DNA of 64,000 nucleotides. Source: Trueperaceae bacterium (lineage in GTDB: Bacteria > Deinococcota > Deinococci > Deinococcales > Trueperaceae). The DNA lies in the NCBI GenBank assembly GCA_965213925.1, contig OZ243927.1, forward strand, positions 1,504,001 to 1,568,000. The letters are read 5' to 3'. A program made the position numbers and the translations under genes. The notes beneath the pieces were generated by a model. That model saw only the letters and a program-made list of their open reading frames with translations. It had not been told where the DNA came from and did no database searches. Below, one piece after another: positions 19,819 through 30,139 of this stretch. Each line of letters starts with the position of its first letter. Position 1 is the stretch's first letter.

Positions 19819-20598
19819 TTACAACCAAGTCTCTAAAACTACCGCTACCCCGTCCTCGTCGTTCGTAGCCGTCACCCTGTCCGCCACCTCTTTCGCCTCG
19901 TCGCTCGCGTTGCCCATCGCTACGCCGAGACCTGCCCACGCAAGCATCTCGGTATCGTTGTTCTGGTCGCCAAAGACCGCCACATCCGCCGCGTCCAGAC
20001 CTCTCGCCGCCGCCACCTGCTTCAAGGCTTCGCGTTTGTTGACGTTCTTTGCGATGACCTCCAAAAGCTCGGGCGAACTCCAGGTGGTGTGCACATCGAA
20101 ATCTTTTAGGGAGCGGCTGAACGCTTTAGCGTCCATCTCAGGGTGGCGGAAGAGGAGCTTGGTGACGTTTTCGCGGACGAAGTCTTCCGCTTCGCCTACG
20201 CCCGTTGGCGCGGGGTCGGGTTGGCGTAAATCATAGAGGGTTTGGTCGTGAAACCAGCCGTAAGAGGTCTCGAGCCCCACCATCACCCCCTCGTGCCGCT
20301 CGCGCATGGTGCGTATGACCTCTAGCGCAGTTTTCTGAGTCAACTCATTATGAAAGAGCATCTCATCCTGCACGAAATCGTAGACAATCGCCCCGTGATG
20401 CATGATGACGAGGTCGCTGAGCCCTAGCGCGTCCGCCACGTGTTTTGTAAAGCGCGGCGGGCGTCCGGTGCAGAGAACGACCTTGACGTCCTTCGCGCAG
20501 AGCCCGCGAATCGCCCTCTCTGAACGTTGTGTGACCTCTTTAGAAGAGGTCAGCAGCGTGCCGTCTAGGTCAATCGCGACGAGGCGGGGCTGGAACAT
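19819..20598 (-). CDS. Cof-type HAD-IIB hydrolase
   Basis: DLDGTLL, TGR, FGDQNND, VAMGNA, DGVA. Confidence 0.93.
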   Translation of the reverse strand: MFQPRLVAIDLDGTLLTSSKEVTQRSERAIRGLCAKDVKVVLCTGRPPRFTKHVADALGLSDLVIMHHGAIVYDFVQDEMLFHNELTQKTALEVIRTMRERHEGVMVGLETSYGWFHDQTLYDLRQPDPAPTGVGEAEDFVRENVTKLLFRHPEMDAKAFSRSLKDFDVHTTWSSPELLEVIAKNVNKREALKQVAAARGLDAADVAVFGDQNNDTEMLAWAGLGVAMGNASDEAKEVADRVTATNDEDGVAVVLETWL

Positions 20599-20608
20599 GT
20601 TTTTACCG

Positions 20609-23410
20609 CTAATGGTTCATGCCTTCCAGAATCTCTGGCACTGCTGCGAGCGCCCCTTGCACCTGCGACGCATCTTTAATGCCCGCTTGCGCCAAGTCGG
20701 GGCGTCCGCCGCCGCCGCCGCCCGCCCTTTTCGCGACCTCACGAATGAGGTTGCCCGCGTGTGCGCCGCGTCTCTGGGCGTCCTTACCGACCTTCGCCAC
20801 CAAGAGGTTGCCGCTAGCTAAAACGACGACATCGGCATCCGAGGAGGTCAAGAGGTTGTCGGCGGCGTTGCGCAAGGCAGTCGCGTCGAGTTCCTGAAGC
20901 TGCAAAGTGCTGTAGCGGAAGCCCGCCGCCTCTTGCACGTTGCTCTTGGCACCACCGGATGTTTGCGCCGCCGCGAGTTTATCTCGCAAGGACGCGCTCT
21001 CGCGCTGCGCCGCTTTGAGGTCGTTTTGAAGTTTACCGATGCGCTGGGCGAGGTCATCCGATTTGACGCCTAAACTCTGCGCGACGGCGTTAGTTCCTTC
21101 GCGCAAGCTCTGGACGTAGGTTAGAGCTGCCATGCCTGTTAGCGCCTCGAGCCGCCTTACCCCCGCCGACACCGCCTCTTCCGAAGTGATCACCAAACTG
21201 CCGATTTCACCCGTGCGCTTCACATGCGTGCCGCCGCAGAGTTCGACCGAAATCGCGCCTTCACCGTTTGGACTTTCCGCCGTGTTGACCTCTTGTGACG
21301 CTCCGGCAACCTCTCCGCCACTCGCCAAGAGATCAGTTCCGTCATGCGAAATCTGGTCTGCCGTGCCAACTGCTTGCCCCATGCTGACCATCCTGACCTC
21401 TTCGCCGTACTTCTCCCCGAAGAGCATCATCGCGCCCTTCTCCCTCGCCTCTGAGATAGGAACGACGCGCCAATTGACCTCGAAGTCCGCCTGAATCCAG
21501 CGGTTCACGAAGGTCTCGATTCTAGTGACCTCTCCCTTGCTGATGGGTTGCGAATGCGAAAAGTCGAAGCGGAGGCGGTCTGGAGCAACCAGCGAGCCCG
21601 CCTGCGCGACGTGCGTGCCTAAAACGCTGCGCAGAGCCGCGTGTAAGAGGTGCGTCGCGGAGTGGTGCTTTTCGGTTTCGCGGCGGCTGGGGTCGATGGC
21701 GGCGTGAACCTCTTGACCTCTTGCCAGCGTGCCGCGCAAGACCTTCGCTTGATGGAGGAAGAGCCCCTCTTTGCTCTTGGTGGTCGTGCTGATGATGGCT
21801 TTGCCCGGATTGTCACCGGACCACTCGAGCACCCCTGCGTCCCCAATCTGCCCGCCGCCCTCGGCGTAAAAAGGCGTTTGGTTGAGGACGATCTGCGCGT
21901 CTCCACCCTCCCTAACTTCGTTGGCTTCTTCATCGCCAGAGATGAGGGCGACAATTGCAGCGTCACTCTGCGTCTCTTCGTACCCTAAAAATTTCGTCTC
22001 GCCGTGCTCGCTTGCGATTTTACCGAGCGTATCTTTACTTGCTGTAAAAAGCGTGCCCGTCTGTGCGCCGCTTTTGGAGACTTGCCGCGCTCTTTCCCTT
22101 GCGCTCTGATAGCCCGCTCTATCCACCGACACGCCGCGCTCCGCCGCCATCTCTTCGGTTAAATCGAGGGGAAAGCCGTAGGTTTCCCAAAGGTCAAACG
22201 CCACATCACCCGGTAGCATCCCTGTATCTGACTCATCCAAGAGATTGCCGACACGTTGGATGCCGGACTCGAGCGTCTTCAAAAACTGCGCCTCTTCCGT
22301 CCTGATGATTCCTTGTACGCGCTCTTTGGCGTCTTTGAGTTCGGGGTACGCCCCGCCCATCGCCTCCACGACTTGTTCGACTAAGCTATGCAAAACGGGC
22401 TCGCGCAAGCCCAAAAGCCAAGCGTGACGTGACGCGCGGCGCAAGAGCATCTTGATGACGTAGCCCTTCCCGTCATTGGTCGGCAAAATCCCCTCGCTGA
22501 TCGCAAAGGTAATCGCTCTGGTATGGTCGGCAATCACGCGGTGCGAGGTGCTCTCGACGCCCCTATAAGGTTGTCCCGAAAGCTGCGCGACCTTATGAAT
22601 GGTCGGTTGAAAGAGGTCTGTCGCATACGCATCTTCCGCGCCCGACATCACCGCTGCAAGCCGCTCGAAGCCTAACCCGGTATCGATGTTTTGCTGCGGT
22701 AGCGGGACTAACTCGCCGCCGTCGCGCCTATCGAACTGCGTAAACACGAGGTTCCAAATCTCGATGAAGCGGTCGCCGGAGCCCGTATTTGGACCCGTCT
22801 CGTCGGGCGTGCCGTACTGGGGACCGCGGTCATAAAAAATCTCCGAACAAGGACCACACGGACCATTCGGACCCGCTGACACAGCGCTCGCGGGCCAGAA
22901 GTTCTCGTCCTCGTCCCAGCGCGACATGCGCTTCTCAGGCACGCCGACCTCTTGCGTCCACACGTCAAAGGCTTCGTCGTCGTCTAAGTAAACCGTGACG
23001 TATAGGCGCTTAGGGTCTAAGCCCATCCACTCGGGTGAGGTCAAAAACTCCCACGCCCACTGTGCCGCCTCTTTCTTAAAGTAGTCACCGAACGAGAAGT
23101 TCCCCATCATCTCGAAGAACGAGTGGTGGCGCAAGGTGCGCCCGACGTTCTCCACGTCGCCGACGCGCAAGCACTTCTGCGCCGTGGTGACGCGGTGGTG
23201 GACGCCCTCGTAACCCGCGAACTTAGGCGTCGCGCCTAAGAAATACGGCTTGAACTGCACCATGCCTGCTGAGGTGAAAAGGAGTGTGGGGTCTCTAGGG
23301 TCTAAAGACGCGGACGGGTAGATGAGGTGATTTTTGGATTTGAAGAACTCGAGAAACCTACCCCTTAGTTCGTCAACATTGATGGTTTTAGGTTCTTTAG
23401 GGCTTTGCAT
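20609..23410 (-). CDS. alaS: alanine--tRNA ligase
   Basis: FTSAGMVQFK, FEMMGNFSFGDYFK, EIWNLVF, IDTGLG, HSATHLLH, ELCGGTH, GGGGG tail. Confidence 0.98.
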   Translation of the reverse strand: MQSPKEPKTINVDELRGRFLEFFKSKNHLIYPSASLDPRDPTLLFTSAGMVQFKPYFLGATPKFAGYEGVHHRVTTAQKCLRVGDVENVGRTLRHHSFFEMMGNFSFGDYFKKEAAQWAWEFLTSPEWMGLDPKRLYVTVYLDDDEAFDVWTQEVGVPEKRMSRWDEDENFWPASAVSAGPNGPCGPCSEIFYDRGPQYGTPDETGPNTGSGDRFIEIWNLVFTQFDRRDGGELVPLPQQNIDTGLGFERLAAVMSGAEDAYATDLFQPTIHKVAQLSGQPYRGVESTSHRVIADHTRAITFAISEGILPTNDGKGYVIKMLLRRASRHAWLLGLREPVLHSLVEQVVEAMGGAYPELKDAKERVQGIIRTEEAQFLKTLESGIQRVGNLLDESDTGMLPGDVAFDLWETYGFPLDLTEEMAAERGVSVDRAGYQSARERARQVSKSGAQTGTLFTASKDTLGKIASEHGETKFLGYEETQSDAAIVALISGDEEANEVREGGDAQIVLNQTPFYAEGGGQIGDAGVLEWSGDNPGKAIISTTTKSKEGLFLHQAKVLRGTLARGQEVHAAIDPSRRETEKHHSATHLLHAALRSVLGTHVAQAGSLVAPDRLRFDFSHSQPISKGEVTRIETFVNRWIQADFEVNWRVVPISEAREKGAMMLFGEKYGEEVRMVSMGQAVGTADQISHDGTDLLASGGEVAGASQEVNTAESPNGEGAISVELCGGTHVKRTGEIGSLVITSEEAVSAGVRRLEALTGMAALTYVQSLREGTNAVAQSLGVKSDDLAQRIGKLQNDLKAAQRESASLRDKLAAAQTSGGAKSNVQEAAGFRYSTLQLQELDATALRNAADNLLTSSDADVVVLASGNLLVAKVGKDAQRRGAHAGNLIREVAKRAGGGGGGRPDLAQAGIKDASQVQGALAAVPEILEGMNH

Positions 23411-23522
23411 GATGCCTCCTGCTCACTAAAGGTGATTATACAGAAAGCGTGAGAGGTTTTTGTGCTCACAGAAGTGAATCTCACAACCTCTTCGTGAATT
23501 TCGCGTCGCTACACTCGGGGGT

Positions 23523-23930
23523 ATGCTGCGCTATTTTCCTGTTACTGCGCCCCTCATGGTGGTATTCGGTCTGCTCCCCTGGATGACTGACCTCTTTTGG
23601 CTGCGATACTCGTTATTTTTCGCCTATCTTTTTCTGCAATACAAGCTCGTTGAAATCTCGCGTGAAGAGGCGAAGTCAGACGCCGATACGCACGTGTATC
23701 CTCCGAACTGGCGTCTGGTTGAGGGGGTACTCATCTTTATTTTCGTTATGGCTTGCTTCGTAGGGATATTCGCGCTTTTCGCTTCAATTTTGCTTTCTGC
23801 TTTCGTACCTCAAGCTGACATAGGACAAACTGAGGCGATAGCTAAGGGAATACTTCTTACCTCGAGCGGTGTTCTCCTTGTCTACGAGCTTTCTCTACCT
23901 GCGACCAAGCTAGACGACGCCTCGAGATAG
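23523..23930 (+). CDS. hypothetical membrane protein
   Basis: About 4 TM segments; TACACT-N7-ATG. Confidence 0.6.
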   Translation: MLRYFPVTAPLMVVFGLLPWMTDLFWLRYSLFFAYLFLQYKLVEISREEAKSDADTHVYPPNWRLVEGVLIFIFVMACFVGIFALFASILLSAFVPQADIGQTEAIAKGILLTSSGVLLVYELSLPATKLDDASR

Positions 23931-23990
23931 AACGGTGCTCACTGACTTCAACGTGTAGGACGCTAAGCTAAAATGCCATGTCGGGGAGGA

Positions 23991-24476
23991 CTACACGCTA
24001 GGTAGCTCGACTGTGCTCGGAAAGTCCGGGAAGAGTTTAGAGGCGTCCATTTCGCCGCGGTGGTTGAAGAAGGTGACACGCCCTTCCAAGTTGCATGTCC
24101 AAACCTCTTTCGCACCCTTCGCAAGGTAGAGGTCGCGCTTTTGCGCCATCTCTGCGGCTGAGTTGGAGGGCGAAACAACTTCAACACAGAGTTCCGGGGC
24201 GACGCCGTAGGGTGTTTCCGCGCCGTTCGTAGAGAGAAAATCGGCTGAGACCCAGGCTACGTCAGCAACTTTCACACCTTTGGACGTTTGGACTGAGCAT
24301 TCAGGAAAGACCAAGCCTCTCGTCTTGAACTCGTTGAGAAGCGCGGAGATGATGCCTTGGATGATGCTATGTCTATTAGAAGCAGGACTCATAACGACGT
24401 TACCCCATTCGTTAAGCTCAATCTTAAAGGGTAGGTTTTGCAGCGTTTCGTTTTCGATAACCTCTGACCATTCCAT
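23991..24476 (-). CDS. Uma2 family endonuclease-like protein
   Basis: LPFKIELN, VKVADVAW, APELCVEVVSPSN, GAKEVW. Confidence 0.9.
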   Translation of the reverse strand: MEWSEVIENETLQNLPFKIELNEWGNVVMSPASNRHSIIQGIISALLNEFKTRGLVFPECSVQTSKGVKVADVAWVSADFLSTNGAETPYGVAPELCVEVVSPSNSAAEMAQKRDLYLAKGAKEVWTCNLEGRVTFFNHRGEMDASKLFPDFPSTVELPSV

Positions 24477-24582
24477 AGGTTTATTCTACTCGGTTTAGGC
24501 TGCTCGAGCCTCTCGGTAACGCCTCTACGCTTGACCCTATCTCTTTAGAGGCTTAGGCTAGACCTGCAACGCAGGTTTTCTC

Positions 24583-25962
24583 ATGACTCAAGCCTTTCTC
24601 ACCGAACTTAGGCGCACGAGCGCCCTCGCCGCGCCCCTCATCCTGGCGCAGCTCGCGCAGGTCTCCTTGACCTTCATCGACACCCTGATGGTTGGGCGGC
24701 TCGGCAACGAAGCGTTAGCGGCGATTGCTCTGGGTAGCAGCGTCTTCGTAATGGCGCTGATTGTGGGGATGGGCGTGATGTTTGCCGTCGGTCCAACTGT
24801 CTCGCAGGCGCACGGGGCAGGCGATGAGGTAATGACGGCTCGGGCGACGCGGCAAGGTCTCTGGTTAGCGCTCGGCTTAACCGTTCCTGCGATGCTCCTC
24901 TTCTGGAACGCCGCGCCGCTCCTTTTATGGATGGGGCAAGACGCGGAGACGGTGCGCTTAGCGGCGGGCTATCTGCAAGCGATTTCGTGGGGATATCTGC
25001 CGGGTTTATGGTTCATCGGGCTGCGGGGGCTTTTGGAGGGCATCTCGAGACCACGCCCCATTATGCTCATTGCGTTGGCTGGAATTGGGCTCAATATCTT
25101 CGCGAACAATGCGCTGATGTTTGGGCGCTTCGGCTTTCCTGCGTTAGGGCTCGTCGGCACAGGCTGGGCGAGCACTTTTGTGTTCTGGATGTCGTTTCTC
25201 TTGGCGGCGGTGTACGTGCAGCGCACGCTGCCGCAGCTCCAAGTCTTCACCAAGCTTCGCACGCCGGATGGAAGCGTCCTTCGCGACCTCTTCATCATCG
25301 GTTGGCCCATCGGTCTCACGCTCGGTTTTGAAGGCGGGCTTTTTACCGTTACGGCGCTCCTCATGGGCTTGGTCGGCACAGTCGAACTCGCGGCGCACCA
25401 AATTGCGATTCAGAGCGCAAGTTTTACCTTTATGGTTCCGGTAGGTTTGTCGGCGGCGACGGCGGTGCGCGTCGGGCAAGCGGCGGGGCGCAAGGATGCA
25501 GACGGCGTGCAGCGAGCGGCGGGCGTCGGCATAACGCTCAGCCTCGGCTTCATGGTGCTGACCGCGCTGACCTTTTGGCTCATTCCTGAGCGCATCGTCT
25601 CGCTCTATCTCGACGCAAACGACCCCGCGAACCGCGCCGTAGTAGAGACGGCGGTGCTCTTTTTGGGCTTCGCGGCAGCATTCCAGGTCTTCGACGGGGT
25701 GCAAGTAAGCGCAGCGGGGGCGCTACGCGGGCTCAAAGACACGCGCGTGCCGATGCTGATTTCGCTTCTTTCTTACTGGGGTATCGGCATGGCAACGGGG
25801 GTGACATTAACGTTTGGGCTAGGCGTCGGCGGGCGCGGGTTGTGGACGGGGCTCGTGGTGGGGCTTATGGCGGCGGCGGGGCTTTTGTCGTGGCGGTTGT
25901 GGCGGAAGACGAGGATTGAGACCCCCACTAAACAGATGAGGCTTGGCGGTGTGGGGAAGTAG
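24583..25962 (+). CDS. MATE family efflux transporter (NorM-like)
   Basis: 12-TM pattern; DTLMVGRLG, LAAHQIA, RVGQAAG, FDGVQ...GALRGLKDT. Confidence 0.93.
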   Translation: MTQAFLTELRRTSALAAPLILAQLAQVSLTFIDTLMVGRLGNEALAAIALGSSVFVMALIVGMGVMFAVGPTVSQAHGAGDEVMTARATRQGLWLALGLTVPAMLLFWNAAPLLLWMGQDAETVRLAAGYLQAISWGYLPGLWFIGLRGLLEGISRPRPIMLIALAGIGLNIFANNALMFGRFGFPALGLVGTGWASTFVFWMSFLLAAVYVQRTLPQLQVFTKLRTPDGSVLRDLFIIGWPIGLTLGFEGGLFTVTALLMGLVGTVELAAHQIAIQSASFTFMVPVGLSAATAVRVGQAAGRKDADGVQRAAGVGITLSLGFMVLTALTFWLIPERIVSLYLDANDPANRAVVETAVLFLGFAAAFQVFDGVQVSAAGALRGLKDTRVPMLISLLSYWGIGMATGVTLTFGLGVGGRGLWTGLVVGLMAAAGLLSWRLWRKTRIETPTKQMRLGGVGK

Positions 25963-25966
25963 GCTC

Positions 25967-26620
25967 CTATTTACTTGATTCGTTGTTGCTAGGATTGCGT
26001 TTCCTTGTTGGCCTTTCACCGTTAGCTATCTGCTTAGTCCAATCATCATGTAACAATTCTGAGGACCACTCGGGTTTCTTATCTTCAACTATATATTCTC
26101 GAGAAGCACGAGCGACGAGATTTAATTGTCCAGTTGCCGTTCCCTGTCTACCTCTTTCATACGAATAGCGCCACTCTATAAAAGCATCATTGTTATCGTT
26201 CAGTAGAGCTTTGATGTCAGTGTCATCCTTCAGAGGATTAAAATTTCTACCTTCGCTTGACTTCGTTCTGAAAAGTGGAGGAAAATATAGAGGTCTATGG
26301 GCAAGCAACCCCTTATCCCTTAAATCGATGAAGCGCTGTTCTATTGCGGTCTGATCACTTCTGTTAAGTTTTAGAAATAGGTCGAGTAGCTTGTGTCCTC
26401 CCAAAGACTTACCAGATAGTTTTCCTAAACACTTGAAGTATATTTCTATTGAAAGTGCAAGAAGGGTGGTCTGACCGCTCGTACCTACCATCGCCTCATT
26501 AATATCACCTTTCAACCGCATCCATTCGACACCAATCCATCCAATTGATAAGGCGGCTTGTCTCAAGCGTTCGGCATGTCTAAAAGCTTCCAATGGACTA
26601 AAATCATATCCTTTTGCCAC
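25967..26620 (-). CDS. AT-rich hypothetical protein, HEPN-like
   Basis: SIEIYFK...GHKLLDLF...FIEWRY pattern; visibly AT-richer than flanks. Confidence 0.55.
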   Translation of the reverse strand: MAKGYDFSPLEAFRHAERLRQAALSIGWIGVEWMRLKGDINEAMVGTSGQTTLLALSIEIYFKCLGKLSGKSLGGHKLLDLFLKLNRSDQTAIEQRFIDLRDKGLLAHRPLYFPPLFRTKSSEGRNFNPLKDDTDIKALLNDNNDAFIEWRYSYERGRQGTATGQLNLVARASREYIVEDKKPEWSSELLHDDWTKQIANGERPTRKRNPSNNESSK

Positions 26621-26858
26621 AAATCAGTTTACTTTCAAAAGGTGAGTTTCGAGGTCGTACGGTCACTGACTATAATGAGAGTCTAATGTTCTCCTTGGGA
26701 TTGTTACTAAATCAGGTTCTTGGACCCTATCATTAAATCGAAGAAGCACCTCACCTTACGCAGCAAGGTAGAGTACCTTTTAGAAATTCAATGTGTTGAA
26801 TAATTCTGGCGCTGTTCCTACAATTAATCTACATATACATCGTAGTTATGCTCGAGCC

Positions 26859-27647
26859 CTATTCCTCCGGCAGATGCGCTATCACCCGCGCCGGTCCGCC
26901 GCTGCCCCCCTCCATCTTCATCGGCAGCGCGAGGACCGTCGCGCCGATTGGGGGCAACTGGTCCAAGTTGGCGACGTTCTCGATCCCGAAGATGTCCTCC
27001 TGGTAGAGAATCACGTGCGACTGGAAGTCGGTGGACTGCCCGTAGTCGATGCTCGGCGTGTCGAGCCCGACCGCTTTGATGTTGCGCTCAGACGCTAAAA
27101 ATTCGGCGAGGTCGGGATGGATGCCGGGGAAGTGTAAGTCCGCCACCGCCTCTTCGCCGCGCTCCGCTGTGCCCATGTAGCGCTCACGGTCTGGATAGTA
27201 TTGCGCGAAGCCTGTGTTGAAAAGGACGATTGCACCCTCGGGAAGCTGCCCGTTTTCTGCTTCCCAGTTCGTCACGTCTTCGACCGTAAACTGATAGTCG
27301 GGGTTTTCGGCAGACTGCTCGCTTACGTCGATGACGGCGGCAGGACCGATAAGCTGCTCCAACGGAATCTCATGAGCGGCGTTGCGCCCCTGCGCGAAGT
27401 GAATCGGCGCGTCGATATGCGTGCCGCCATGCTCAGCCGCCGAGAAGTTGAAGGCGCTGTAGTAGTAGCCGCCGTCCGTCTCGCCCTCGAAGACGGTCTC
27501 CTGCTCGTACATATTGGCGGTGGGCCAGAAGATGGCCTCCTCGTTCAAGGTGTGGGTGAGGTCTATCCAGGTGCCTTTCGTAAGGTCTTGGGCGTAGGTG
27601 GTGGTGAGGAGCGCGGTGAGGAAGATAAACGCTAGTTTGTTGAGCAT
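26859..27647 (-). CDS. secreted cyclase-family (kynurenine formamidase-like) metal hydrolase
   Basis: HGGTHIDAPIH, GLDTPSID, IENVANL; signal peptide from ATG 27647. Confidence 0.9.
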   Translation of the reverse strand: MLNKLAFIFLTALLTTTYAQDLTKGTWIDLTHTLNEEAIFWPTANMYEQETVFEGETDGGYYYSAFNFSAAEHGGTHIDAPIHFAQGRNAAHEIPLEQLIGPAAVIDVSEQSAENPDYQFTVEDVTNWEAENGQLPEGAIVLFNTGFAQYYPDRERYMGTAERGEEAVADLHFPGIHPDLAEFLASERNIKAVGLDTPSIDYGQSTDFQSHVILYQEDIFGIENVANLDQLPPIGATVLALPMKMEGGSGGPARVIAHLPEE

Positions 27648-27797
27648 CGGTTTCGTCCTTTCTCGAGCCATACCTCTTCATCCATTTGCATATTTTTGTA
27701 AGCGTAGGCGTTTATATGCAGTTTGTCAAGAGCTGGACAGTGCTTGAGCCAGCCCACAATTTTTTTGAGCTTTCCTCGAAGATTGCTGAAAATATTT

Positions 27798-28493
27798 CTA
27801 CCCTCTACCCAAAAATCGAGCTAAGCGCTCGCTGCCGAAAAATAAGGGTACAGTATCTTCCAATTTCTCTGGAAACTTTTCATTTCCTATTGGTGTGAAG
27901 AACAACTGAGTTTCAACAGATGCAAAGTAGTTGATATTAGTGTCCTCGATATTTTGACCAGCCATCTGGTCGTTTGTGAAGGATTTCAACAAGTTGTGTC
28001 TCCATAAAGTTCGTGTAAATGTCGGAAGTTTAGAGATAACCTGCTGCAGAGCACACAAAATTTTTATTGTTGTATCGAGCGTTGCCAAGTTGTACTGCTC
28101 AATACGGTTGTGTTTGATTTTGTTGTATTTTGTCCACCATTTTAGTTCTGCGAAGTTGCCCGTTTTTCCACTCGTCCACCCTTCGAAGGGCATTAGAAAG
28201 CTAGGAGGATATTGAAACACCAACGACTTAACTTGCGAAAGCTGCAAAGTATTTTCGTAATGAGGCGCATAATCTCCAATACGAAGTTCGCGCCTATCTT
28301 TTATAGGATTGGCGTATTCTTCCCGAAAAATAGTATCAATTAGACTTCCTGCCTCTACAACTAAGGGGGCGAGTAGAGGCAGGTACATGTTGCGATTTTC
28401 CTCTGAGAGAGGAACCGTACTCAAAATACCAAGAAGCCGATTCTCTAGCTCTTGATACCAGATAAGTACCTGTTCAGTTCCTTCCTCAGTCAA
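27798..28493 (-). CDS. AT-rich hypothetical protein, possible HEPN-like nuclease
   Basis: WWTKYNKIKHNR motif; TTG start overlaps the upstream stop by 8 nt. Confidence 0.55.
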   Translation of the reverse strand: MTEEGTEQVLIWYQELENRLLGILSTVPLSEENRNMYLPLLAPLVVEAGSLIDTIFREEYANPIKDRRELRIGDYAPHYENTLQLSQVKSLVFQYPPSFLMPFEGWTSGKTGNFAELKWWTKYNKIKHNRIEQYNLATLDTTIKILCALQQVISKLPTFTRTLWRHNLLKSFTNDQMAGQNIEDTNINYFASVETQLFFTPIGNEKFPEKLEDTVPLFFGSERLARFLGRG

Positions 28494-29886
28494 AAATCGC
28501 CGTTTTCGCCCGCTCCACCATCCGCTCGACCTGCGTAATCTTCACCCTCGGTCTTCCTTGTTCTGCGCCTGCTTGGGTCTCGAGCCTATCAATCTCTAAC
28601 CAGTCCTCAAAGGTGACGAAGGACACTTGTTTGGAGGCTAAAATTTCTTCGACCGCGCGGGGGCTGGCGGCGTGCTCTGAAACGGGCTCGAGCGAGGGAA
28701 CATCCTCGAGCAAGCACCTCACGCTCTCCATCGCGTCGGCTTTGTTCGTACCGATGACGCCCGAGGGTCCGCGTTTGATCCAGCCCGCGACGTATTCACC
28801 TCTTACGACGTTGCCGTCATTGTCCGTAACACGTCCGTCTTGATTTGGGATGATGTTTTTGCGCGAATCGAAGGGAACGTCTTTGAGTGGCGTGCCTTTG
28901 TAACCGACCGAGCGCAGAATCATGCCGATAGGAAGCGTCTCGAATTCGCCTGTGCCGGCGGCGTTCAAGTAGCCGTTTTGGTCCTCGAGGCGGTTTTTCT
29001 CGAGCCTGAGTTCCTCAACTTGCGTCTCGCCCAGAAGCTCCACGGGCGATTCGAAGAAGCGCAGATGCACGCAGCGCGGTTTGCCGGTGCGCTCTTGCTC
29101 TGCAAAACCGCGTAAGACTTCGATGTTTTTGGCTAAGGCGGGGTTGCCCTTTAATGAGGCTTCGCTGATAGGGTCGAGGTCTAAGTCTTCTGCTGAGACG
29201 TTGATATCAGCGTTCTCGAGTTCGCCCAACTCGCGCAGCTCTTTGGTCGTGAATTTCGCCTGGGCAGGACCGCGCCGACCTATCATGTAGATGTTTTTGA
29301 CCTTGCTTTCGGCTAAGAGGTCTAGGGCGTGGTCCGCGATGTCCGTTTTGCGCAGCTCGTCCACCGACTTCGCTAGGATGCGCGTCACGTCCACCGCGAC
29401 GTTGCCCATACCGATGACGGCGACGTTTTCGGTGCTCAAATCGGGGTCTAGGGTCGCGTAGTCCGGGTGTCCGTTATACCAGGCGACGAACTCGGTGGCG
29501 GAGAGGCTGCCCGCTAGGTCTTCGCCCGGAATATTGAGCGAGCGGTCTGCGGACGCGCCGACCGCGTAAACGACCGCGTCGTAGAAGCGGCGTACCTCTT
29601 CGTGAGAGAGGTCAGTGCCGAAATGGACGTTGCCGATAAAGCGCACGCGCGGATCGTTGCAGGTCTTTTCGTAGAGCTTCGTGACCGACTTGATCTTTTG
29701 GTGGTCCGGCGCGACGCCGTAGCGCACCAAACCGTAAGGGGTGGGCAAGCGGTCGATGATATCGATGGAGACGTGGATGTCCTTTTGCTTGAGAAGCGAA
29801 TCTGCTGCGAAGAAGCCGGACGGACCGGAGCCGACGATCGCGACGCGGACGGGGCGTTCAAATGTGCCAAGCGTAGAGTGTGTCAA
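28486..29886 (-). CDS. ferredoxin--NADP(+) reductase, FprA/adrenodoxin reductase-like
   Basis: GSGPSG, GLVRYGVAPDH, GMGNVAVD, GWIKRGPSGVIG. Confidence 0.93.
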   Translation of the reverse strand: MTHSTLGTFERPVRVAIVGSGPSGFFAADSLLKQKDIHVSIDIIDRLPTPYGLVRYGVAPDHQKIKSVTKLYEKTCNDPRVRFIGNVHFGTDLSHEEVRRFYDAVVYAVGASADRSLNIPGEDLAGSLSATEFVAWYNGHPDYATLDPDLSTENVAVIGMGNVAVDVTRILAKSVDELRKTDIADHALDLLAESKVKNIYMIGRRGPAQAKFTTKELRELGELENADINVSAEDLDLDPISEASLKGNPALAKNIEVLRGFAEQERTGKPRCVHLRFFESPVELLGETQVEELRLEKNRLEDQNGYLNAAGTGEFETLPIGMILRSVGYKGTPLKDVPFDSRKNIIPNQDGRVTDNDGNVVRGEYVAGWIKRGPSGVIGTNKADAMESVRCLLEDVPSLEPVSEHAASPRAVEEILASKQVSFVTFEDWLEIDRLETQAGAEQGRPRVKITQVERMVERAKTAIFD

Positions 29887-30139
29887 TGTATGTACCTCTT
29901 TATATTAAGCGTTGGGTAGGTGCGACAAAAGGGTGCCCGTGAGCAGGCTACGCCTCTATCCTATCGCGCTACGGAGCGACTCGCAAATGCTGAAGGAGAG
30001 AGGGAAATGAAACCACTTTTTCTCCTCGTCTTATTGATCCTTTCATCTTGTTGAAACGAACCTCCATATGCCAGTACCAGCGCAGCGAGTACGGACGCGC
30101 GTAAGGATTTCGTAAGAGCGCGTGTTCTAGGGTGCAAGG

